A stretch of DNA of 64,000 nucleotides from Octopus vulgaris (Eukaryota). The notes beneath the pieces were generated by a model, which was given only the letters and a program-made list of their open reading frames with translations, was not told where the DNA came from and ran no database searches. This document shows, in pieces, positions 53,652 through 64,000 of this stretch. The stretch is from assembly GCA_951406725.2 (NCBI GenBank), contig OX597814.1:131316001-131380000 (forward strand). The letters run 5' to 3'. The translations under genes and the position numbers were made by a program. Every line of letters begins with the position of its first letter. Position 1 is the first letter of the stretch.

Positions 53652-54059
53652 TTGCCTATGGTCTATCTAACTAGGATTTTAACCTGTGGTGCGAATATCG
53701 TATACACCCACATATACATTCACATATGCATACCGACTTTCATATAGGTCATTCACTCGAGCAACACCCATGTGGAGGAGATGCTTTTCACAGAGTTCAT
53801 TGTTCGTTCATTTGACATAAATATTAGCATTGTTTTACTTTCTTATTTAATACACCGTAGTCGGTGGTTTTGAATGCGTTTAAAGTGTGAGTACATGCAT
53901 ACTAGCTTATTGCTCCCGTGTATTTGCTATTGGTAAATATTTGTCGGTGCTTGTGACTATGTGCGTATATTTGTATGCACGTTCTTATGTTACGTATGTA
54001 ATTAACACAGATTCTGTTACTTCGTTTGCTGTTGTTTGTTGACACACATACATCTCCAT

Positions 54060-54313
54060 GGAAAAGACAGATGCATGTGTTTGTATGTATATATATCTGT
54101 ATGTATGGTTTGTATGTACACACACACACACATATATATATACGTATGTATTCCTGTGTATGTGTGTACATACGTACATACATTGATGTATATATTTATA
54201 TGTATGGTTTGTGTGTGTATGTGTATGTATGTATGGTATGTGTGTATGTATATCTGTATATATGTATGTATATTTATATGTATGCGTTTGTATGTACTTG
54301 TATGTATGTGTAT

Positions 54314-54361
<48 letters not shown>

Positions 54362-54519
54362 CCCTGTGTATATGTGTACATACTTATTGATGTGCATGTA
54401 TATATATGTATATCTGTATATGTATTAAAGTATACACACACACATATATACATATACATATTTTGTGTTACACATATGTACATACATAGATATATATTGT
54501 ATATATGTGTATGTATATC

Positions 54520-54562
<43 letters not shown>

Positions 54563-54978
54563 GAAAGTATGTATATTTATATGTATGCGTTTGTATGTAC
54601 GCATGTATTTGTGTGTATGTGCGCGTGCGCACACACATTACTCGCGCGCGCACACACACACACATCCATATATGTATACCTCTGTGTAATAAGGGGGGGG
54701 GATAAAACGTTTTTGTTTAATGTACACAATAGTATATATTAGTAATAATATATTAGTATATACACATGTGTATTTACATGCATGTATGTATATAAACATA
54801 TATGTATGCATGTATATTTGTATGTTCTCATGTCGATTTTTTTATTCGCTCTTGTATGTTTGTGTGTATATGTTTATAAACAAGTCTATCTATCTATCTA
54901 TCTATCTTTCTATATATCTATGTATCTGTCTATCTATCTATATCTATCTTTGTATCTATCTATCTCTATCTATCTTTG

Positions 54979-55067
<89 letters not shown>

Positions 55068-55090
55068 CTATGTCTCTCTCTCTCTCTCTA
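54060..55090. repeat. Degenerate (TA/TG)n and (TCTA)n low-complexity block
   Basis: Seen directly. Confidence 0.85.
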
Positions 55091-55755
55091 TCGTGTGCGT
55101 GTGTATGTGTGTACACATTGCTTTAATTTTGTTGATTCTTTGTTGTACTGCTTTATCTCATCTTTTCTCTTCTCTTTTCTTTTCTATTTTCTCGTTCGTT
55201 CTGTCTTTCTACGGTGATAATTAAACTATTTAGGAACGGAAGCTATCTGGTGACTAAACAGATCGCTATTTCGGATGGCAAACAACAACAACAACAACAA
55301 CAGCAGCAAGACGAAGATAAAGAAAGGGAAAAAAAAAATTTCTTTTTCTTTAGATTTGTTGAAGGTAGATGTGTGTGTGTGTGATAAAAGTGGTGGGGGT
55401 TAGTAATTTAATCGGAAGTTCATTGCTGTTCCCTTTCTTTCCCTCCCTCCCTCCTCCCTTCCTTTTCCCTTTCCTCCTCCCCTCCCCATTTCATTCTCGC
55501 TTTCCTTCTCTCACCCTCTTCCCCCTTTTTTTTTCTCTTTCTTTGTTCCCACCACCGTTTTACTGCTATAACTAGCACTTAAACTATCACTGTCATTACG
55601 ATCGCCACTACGGCTATACCACTACTCATACCACCACCACCACCACCAGCTCCGCTGCATTCCACTACTATCGTGATTACCTATCTCAATACAGCCTTCG
55701 TCGTCATCAATCACCCTCACACAATGACCACCACAACCGCCAGTACAATATTAAC

Positions 55756-56493
55756 CTTTTCTACTCTAGGCACAAGGCCCGACATTTTTTGGGGGGGAGG
55801 GGGTGCCAGTCGATTAGATCGACTCCAGTTACGCAATTGGTACTTGATTTATCGACCCACGAAAGGATGAAAGGCAAAGTCGACCTCGGCGGAATTTGAA
55901 CTCAGACGAAATACCTATTTCGTTACTACCCACAAAGGGGCTAAACACGGAAGGGACAAACAAGGACAGACAAACGGATTAAGTCGATTATATCGACCCC
56001 AGTGCGCAACTGGTACTTATTTAATCGACCGCGAAAGGATGAAAGGCAAAGTCGACCTCGGCGGAATTTGAACTCACAACGTAACGGCAGACGAAATACC
56101 TATTTCTTTACTACCCACAAGGGGCTAAATACGGAGAGGACAGACAAACGGATTAAGTCGATTATATCGACTTCAGTGCGTAACTGGTACTTGTTTAATC
56201 GACCCCGAAAGGATGAAAGGCAAAGTCGACCTCGGTGTAGTTTGAACTCAGAACATAACGGCAGACGAAATACCTATTTCTTTATTACCCACAAGGGGCT
56301 AAACACAGAGGGGACAAACAAGGACAGACATAGGTATTAAGTCGATTACATCGACCCCAGTGCGTAACTGGTACTTAATTTATCGACCCCGAAAGGATGA
56401 AAGGCAAAGTCGGCCTCGGCGGAATTTGAACTCAGAACATAACGGCAGACGAAATACCGCTAAGCATTTCGCCCGGCTTGCTCACCGCTTTCT
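55756..56493 (-). mobile_element. SINE family B tetramer
   Basis: Junctions GAAATACC|TATTTC at 55915, 56100 and 56274; 19-bp TSD CCGCCAGTACAATATTAAC at 55737 and 56494. Confidence 0.93.
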
Positions 56494-57012
56494 CCGCCAG
56501 TACAATATTAACAATATCACGAGCCAGCGCATTAGCTTCTACGTGGTTATTCGGACTGTTAGAAATAGCAGCCGAATGTTGTGTTTGTTTCACATCACAC
56601 CTTAAAACAAAAAAAATAACAACAACAAAGAAGAAAAAAAAACAAGCTAAACAAAGCAAAGAAAAGACAAGGGGGCGCTATATTTACACAATGTGGTGTC
56701 ATGAGTGTACTAAAACGACGATGTGGTCATGGTTGGAACGTTCTTTGATCAGGCTGACCTTGACTTTAAAAACAACAACACTATTATTCTTGCACCACCA
56801 CCACCGCCGCCGCCGCTCCCTTTTATTATGAAATAGCGTGGGTGATCGGTTGGTGGGGGGTGGTGGTGGCGGCACATGGTTAGTTGTTGTTTTGGATTTT
56901 TCTTTTTCAGGTTGCTTCTTTCTCTCCTTTCCCTGTCCCCCCCACCCTGTCTCTCAAAGTCGTTCGATTCCCTTTCCGTTTCCCCTTTTCTCTCTCTCTC
57001 TCGTTTTGCCAT

Positions 57013-57096
<84 letters not shown>

Positions 57097-57593
57097 TTGA
57101 TAGAGAGAGCAGAAGAAGAGAACGAGTAAAATTAAACTACCCACAAAAAAACAAATAACAAACAAACAGCAAACTGGAATGTTAAACGAATAAACAAGCA
57201 CTACTACTACTACTACCACTACTACAGGAAGTACCTTCTCATTGTTTCCCATCCACACACATCTATATATATTTCATGTATGTGCATACATATATATATA
57301 TATGATCCTGTATGTATCTATCTATTACTATATATTATTACATACTTCCTCAACGGTTTTTTTTTATCCCCCTTAACTCTTTCTTAATTGCTCTCTGCTC
57401 ACCCGTCTTTCTACTCCCACTCATTCCTACCGTTCTCCCTTCACCCACCTTATCGCCTAAACACCTGAGCAACCAACCAATGGCAATTAGTACGGTTGAG
57501 AGTGCAGGGTAGGGTGGAGGCCGCATGCTTCTTTACACTGTTGGTTAACTTGCTAGAAATAGCAGCCGAATATCATAACTCTTTAAAATAATA

Positions 57594-57987
57594 GAGTGGC
57601 TGTGTGGTAAGTAGCTTGCTTACCAACCACATGGTTCCGGGTTCAGTCCCACTGCGTGGCACCTTGGGCAAGTGTCTTCTACTATAGCCTCGGGCCGACC
57701 AAAGACTTGTGAGTGGATTTGGTAGACGGAAACTGAAAGAAGCCCGTCGTATATATGTATATATGTGTGTGTATGTTTGTGTGTCTGTGTTTGTCCCCCT
57801 AGCATTGCTTGACAACCGATGCTGGTGTGTTTATGTCCCCGTTACTTAGCTGTTCGGCAAAAGAGACCGATAGAATAAGTACTGGGCTTACAAAGAATAA
57901 GTCCCGGGGTCGATTTGCTCGACTAAAGGCCGTGCGACAGCATGGCCGCAGTCAAATGACTGAAGCAAGTAAAAGAGTAAAGAGAGT
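57594..57987 (+). mobile_element. SINE family A, near-consensus copy
   Basis: Full body with CpGs retained. Confidence 0.92.
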
Positions 57988-58334
57988 CCCTGATAACCCC
58001 TAAGAGGCCCAATGTTTCCACCTCTGATTGATGAGGGCTAAGACAACAACGTCCTAAGTGAAGGGCGCTTCTACACAGTCACCCGATCTGCCAGAAATAA
58101 CAGCCAAACTTCTTTCGTGTCACATCCTACTGTCCTGAAGAAAAGAATGGATACATTTGATACTGTGGTCAATCGTGGGGACCATTAAAAGTCAGGGGTG
58201 CTGTGGCTTGAATGCATTTCATTATAGCAGGGTTCTCAACCATTCTAAAAAAAATCTTTGGATTCCTTTCATTACTAAATTATTATGGTGGAGCCTACAG
58301 GCGTTCGATGTTTAAAAGCTAGCTTTATAGGAAC

Positions 58335-58604
58335 TGCTATAGCTTTGAGCCGACCAAAGCCTTGTGAGTGGATTTGGTAGAGAGAAACTGAAAGAAGCTT
58401 GTCACACACATACATACATACACACAGACATACTAACACACATACATATACATACATATACATACATAGATACATACATACACACATAGTCATACATCTT
58501 AAGGGTTGAACAGACAGAACACAACAAAGAGAAAAAGTTTGACAAAAGCAGAGCAAAAGGGAAACTAGATGAAAACTTAATGGAAAACGGGAACAGCGCA
58601 AACA

Positions 58605-58656
<52 letters not shown>

Positions 58657-58872
58657 TTGTGTTTGTCCCTCTGCCATCACTTGATGACTGATGCTGGTGT
58701 GTTTATGTCCTTGTAACTTAGCAGTTCAGCAAAAGAAACTAATAAAATAAGTACTTGGTATATAAAGAATAAGTCCTGGGGGATGATTTCTTCGACTAAA
58801 AACCCTTTAAGGTGGTGCTCCAGCTTGGCCACAGTCAAATGACTGAAACTAGTAAAAGTATAAAAGAATAAA
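58335..58872 (+). mobile_element. SINE family A, 5'-truncated, with an insertion in its microsatellite
   Basis: Family A body and tail. Confidence 0.75.
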
Positions 58873-59594
58873 AGGGTCAATGTAGTTAGCTATTGTCTGT
58901 TTTCCTCCATTCACACCAAGATGGATTAGTAGACTATTAAATTAACCCCAGTACTTGTGCATGTGCATTATTTTATTAAGCTTTGAGGGCTGAAAGGTGC
59001 CTGGTTGTAGATTCAGCAATGAGTCTATCATTACAGCAGACCATGGTAAGATTTGAACTCAGAATACAAAGAGCCTGAAAAAGATACTGCCTGGCATCTG
59101 AACTGACTCTCTTAATATTCCACCCATCCATTACCCTGGATAGGTACTTTTCTCATCAAGTCTTCCATGGAAGCATGTTTAGTCATGGGGGGAAAATAGA
59201 CATGGGAGAAAATATTCCTTTGCTGGGAAACAAACAAGTACAGCTAGGCAGCTGGAAGGGCATCAGCCACATAAAAATTTGCTTCCACAATTTCCATTGG
59301 ACCCATAGGAACATAGAAAAGAGGATGTTAAATCATCTTCATCTTTTAACATCCGCTTTCCATGCTGGCATGGGTTAGATGGTTTGACTAGAACTGACAA
59401 GCCAGAGAGCTGACGTTGATAATGATGTGAATACTGTCAATTACAGTTTTTTTTGCTGTTTAGCCCTCAATCAATCCTAATTGAGCAGACCTTATAATCA
59501 AGTGCATTCAAGCCACAGCAATCCTTCCTTTTAAGGGTACCCATGACTGATTGCATAATTAAATGTGTCTATTCCTTCCTTCAAGACAGTGGGA

Positions 59595-59840
59595 TCATCA
59601 TCATCATCGTTTAACGTCCGTTTTCCATGCTAGCATGGGTTGGATGGTTCGACCGGGGTCTAGGAAGCCAGGAGGCTGCACCAGGCTCCAGTCTGATCTG
59701 GCAGTGTTTCTACAGCTGGATGCCCTTCCTAACGCCAACCACTCCGAGAGTGTAGTGGGTGCTTTTTATGTGCTGGGGGAGGCTGGCAAACAGCCACAAT
59801 CGGTTAGTGCTTTTTACATGCCACCGACACGGACGCCAGT
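59595..59840 (-). mobile_element. SINE family D
   Basis: Close to 37680-38030. Confidence 0.8.
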
Positions 59841-60949
59841 CAAGGCGGTGCTGGCATCAAGGTAAAAACGGTAAAGTTACCTTTCTGTGTTATGCCGACT
59901 CATAAGAGCCGGTTTCCTGGTTACATGGCTTATATATTTCCTACCTGAACGGGACATTGGTCTGTCAGAGGATTTTTGCAGCTGAGCGGACTGAAGCAAT
60001 GTGACATGAAGTGTTTTGTTCAAGAATACCGCGCGTTGCTTGGTCCAGGAATTGAAACCACAATCTTATGATCAGAAGTCCAACACCCTAACCACTAAAT
60101 CATATTCTTCCACTGTACAGTAGGATGTGATAAGAGAGAAATGATGAAAAGCAAACTTTCCTAGGTGAGATTTGATCTCAGCATATAGAGTGTCAAATAA
60201 CAATACCACAAGGCAATCAACTTTTAAAAGAGTAATGTTTCTTTCTGAGTGGCTTCCATACAGCTTATGTTTACCAAATTCCTCTCAGAAGGCTTTGGCC
60301 AACCCAAGGCTACAGTAAAAGGTGCTTGTCCTAAGTGCAGGCAGAGCGATAACGGAAACCAAGCCTGGAACCGCAAAGATGTGCAAACAATTTTTTCACC
60401 TTTCAGCTATGTCTACACTCATTACTAGTCAAAAACAACAGGGTGTCAGACCAAATGCTTTGTGGTTTGGTTTTTTTTTTTCCTGTTGACTTCACATGTA
60501 ATGCATTCTTGGCAATAATGCTCGTTTAATTTCCTTCCATATCCTCCTCTTTCTCTTTTGCTATTTCCCTCATTTCCCTCTCTTTCTCTCTGTAATTTCA
60601 TAACTGAAGTCAATGGCCTTTTGGGAGGTATATAACTGAAGTGAACAGTCTTATGAGTGTAAAACAACGACAGAAAACAAATGAAAAGTTTCCTTCATTG
60701 CCAAGATATGAAGTATACCGAGCAAGCGAGAGGTGTCAAATGTCTAAAATGACCAAATTGTAATGTATCTCCTGTTTACATAGAAACCAGCCATGCATTA
60801 GACGAAATGATGTATTGCCTTTAAATCTACTTCTACCTCATAGGTCTCTCATTGCCTCCCACCTCATCATTATTATCTCTCTTGCTCTCTCTCACTCAAC
60901 ACAGTCAAGTTAAAATCTACAGTAAGGATTAGACCATGGCTAATATTTC

Positions 60950-61183
60950 CTTATTTCTTTACTACCCACAAGGGGCTAAACATAGAGGGGACAAACAAGG
61001 ACAGACAAAGGGATTAAGTCAATTACATTGACCCCAGTGTGTAACTGGTACTTAATTTATTGACCCCAAAAGGATGAAAGGCAAAGTTGACCTCAGCGGA
61101 ATTTGAACTCAGAACGTAACTGCAGACAAAATACCACTAAGCATTTCGCACAGCATGCTAACGATTCCACCAACTCACCACCT
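60950..61183 (-). mobile_element. SINE family B monomer, CpG-decayed
   Basis: TSD TGGCTAATATTTC at 60937 and 61184. Confidence 0.9.
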
Positions 61184-62104
61184 TGGCTAATATTTCTTTC
61201 AAACTTAGCTTTTCTTACATTTATTCAAACCCTAAAGAATCCCCCTCAACACATGGCTGTGATGCTCTCCCACTACTCCTGCTCGTGAAAGAGATGCGCA
61301 TACTGTCAGTCACTAAGGGACATGGTCAACTGGTTATGGTCAAGCAAATCAGTGGTATTGAGCAGGATATTTGCTATAACGATATTTCTGCTTCAGCAGC
61401 TCCAGTGCTGAATCTGTCTGAAATGTAATGGAAGCTAGGTCAGTTTGAAGGAAATAGTAGTCATTTCCTTTGATTTCTAGATAGAAGCAAATAAGGAATA
61501 ACACTTAATAGACAGAAGGTAAAAGAATGGTAAGTTTGACCAAGGTTCTGAACTTACCATTCTTTTATAAATTCAAGACTCCTTCAACATTGACCTAGAT
61601 TTTCTGTCACCACAGAAAAAGACTAATCTTTGTCTGTGGCACCCTTATTCCCCCACTTCTTTCCTCCCATTGTCCTTTACTTGGCCTTACCTCCCTATAT
61701 TCATTACTACTACTAAACTTCTGTCTGCAACAGTTAGATGTGAACTGAACCAGTGTAAACAACACCTTCCCTCATGCTTCCTGGAATTTATATCAACACC
61801 TTTATGGTTGGATTTACCTTTTCTGAGAATTTAATAATCTTTTAAAAATTTTTTTTAAAAACTGTGCATTGCTGGAAGACATATAAAGTCTGCTTATTAC
61901 CTTACTTCAAAGTCATGGAACTCTCTCTGAATGCTTCATAAGGATATTTACACTTTCTAGGATGGTTGGAAAACATATATGTGATTTGGCTGATGAATAC
62001 TGGACATTATATTTGCTGTAATATTTGCAGCTTCAAATAAAAATGTTCTCAGTATGAAACAATTGTACCGAATTACTGATCCATTGTTGTTACTTTTTTC
62101 TTGG

Positions 62105-62139
<35 letters not shown>

Positions 62140-62293
62140 TACGAAGGGCTTCTTTCAGTTTCCGTCTACCAAATCCTTTGGTCGGCCTGAGGCTATAGTA
62201 GAAGACACTTGCCCAAGATACCACGCAGTGGGACTGAACCCAGAACCATGTGGTTGGTAAGCCAGCTACTTACCACACAGCCACTCCTGTGCC
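62140..62293 (-). mobile_element. SINE family A, 5' part
   Basis: Reverse complement of the head region. Confidence 0.85.
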
Positions 62294-63422
62294 TTATATA
62301 CAATGTGCTACTTTCACTTATAGACAATGTGCTACTTTCACTTTCTGTCTACCAAATCCACTCAGAAAGCCTTGATTGACTTGGGGCTGTATTAGAAGAC
62401 ATTTGAGGCAGCACTCTCTGAGACTGAACGTGGACCATGTGGTTGGGAAGCAAGCTTCTTACCCGAGAGCCACATCTGCACTATTATAACCATGCAAGGG
62501 CCTATCACAGCTACACCTCTGCCTACTCTCTCTCACACACACACACATGCATGTGCCCCCGTGTGCGGCTATGTTCAGAGCCTCATGACTAGTGGGTCCA
62601 CTCTCATTGGTATGAATGTTGTCGGCTGACATTCTCTAGTATAGCTGTGGTTATCAATCAATCAATACTTTGTGAGAGAAATTAGTAGATATAAACTGGA
62701 AAAAGCCTGCATACAAGTTTGTAAAACCATAGAAAATCTGCCACAACAGAATCCATCTGGTTCATGCAAGCATGGAAAAGTAGGCGTTCAAATAATGACA
62801 ATGACACATGCACACACACTCACACACACCTTTATACAAGTTGTCAGTATACTTTAGTATTTATTGCTATCTTTTATAGAGCCATGTATTCGTGTTTCGT
62901 GACAAGATATATATATGTCAAATCTGGGGTGAATATCTTATGCAAGTTAACAAACATTTAAAGTGTCTCTTTCTTTTGTGTAATGTATGTTTGTATGTAT
63001 GTCCATTGAATACGTGCAGCAAAACAACAATGGTATGAATGGGAGCCACAGTAAAATTAGCAACAGTTGTGGCCTTGTGGATATGTACTTTACTGTTGGA
63101 GTGCGCAAGCTCACGGTTGTTTGCTGTGTGTGTTCAAGGGTGCGAGATCAACAATGATGATGATGATATATATGTATGTGCGTAGGAGGTCAATGATAAC
63201 ATGATATATATATATATATATAATATATGAAATAGAAATAATTGAAATATTTGAGTCTTATGTTTAAAAAAAGAAACTTGTTTTATTTATACTTTTGTAT
63301 AAAAGTTTAGTGCATATTCAACCCATTATTATTTTTACAACACATAATGTGATGAGGGTGATGATAATGATGTGTGTGTGTGTGTAAATGTGTTGGGAAA
63401 ATAAATGGCTAAAAATGTATAT

Positions 63423-63628
63423 TCTTTTACTCTTTTACTTGTTTCAGTCATTTGACTGCGGCCATGCTGGAGCACCGCCTTTAGTCGAGCAAATCGACCC
63501 CGGGACTTATTCTTTGTAAGCCCAGTACTTATTCTATCAGTCTCTTTTGCCGAACGGCTAAGTGACGGGGACGTAAACACACCAGCGGTCTCTTTTGCCG
63601 AACTGCTAAGTTACGGGGACGGAAACAT

Positions 63629-63661
<33 letters not shown>

Positions 63662-63832
63662 CATATATACGACGGGCTTCTTTCAGTTTCTGTCTACCAA
63701 ATCTGCTCACAAGGCTTTAGTTGGCCCAGGGCTATAGTAGAAGACACTTGCCCAAGGTGCCATCCAGTGGGACTGAACCCTGAATCATGTGGTTGGTAAG
63801 CAAGCTACTTATCACACAGTCATTCCTACGCC
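63423..63832 (-). mobile_element. SINE family A with an internal duplication
   Basis: Full body; GTCTCTTTTGCCGAAC..ACGGGGACG occurs twice. Confidence 0.88.
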
Positions 63833-64000
63833 TATATTTGAACAACAAAAACAGATACAGGCATATCAAATATGATAGAACGTAAATTCTTTATTTATCT
63901 CCAGCTCTAGATGTGTCACAGTTAATAAATGGCATGTCAGCATAGGAGAAGTCTTGATTCTTCAGATTATTTAACCTTCTCATATGGAATTGGTCTTCAT

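Noticed and set aside
56002-56605. Recurrent MRNWYL..RPRKDERQSRPRRNLNS and [19 protein letters not shown] peptides as a gene family
   Set aside because: Antisense translations of SINE families B and A.

Overview
Eukaryotic, AT-rich, repeat-dense DNA. The SINE set and microsatellite load suggest an octopus or other coleoid genome (inference, not verified). I found no convincing host protein-coding exon; almost all ORF-track entries are microsatellite or SINE artefacts. The window holds at least four SINE families (my labels A-D), TTAA (piggyBac-like), hAT-like and GG..CC/8-bp-TSD (Merlin-like) MITEs, three non-autonomous Helitrons, an internally deleted mariner, CR1/L2-type and RTE LINE 3' fragments, Penelope-like scraps, a 66-bp minisatellite inside a SINE and a 28S rRNA fragment. 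Most notable observations: (1) a circularly permuted 28S peptidyl-transferase-centre fragment co-inserted head-to-head with a SINE inside one 13-bp TSD; (2) SINE trimers/tetramers with an identical junction in a hairpin loop and position-specific variants, each inserted as one unit; (3) inverted-repeat elements carrying (CCCTAA)n cores; (4) a SINE tail matching a LINE 3' end with compensatory stem changes; (5) a CpG-retained/CpG-depleted mosaic suggesting methylated gene bodies at about 25.5-53.6 kb and beyond 58 kb. All coordinates were read by eye and may be off by a few bases.
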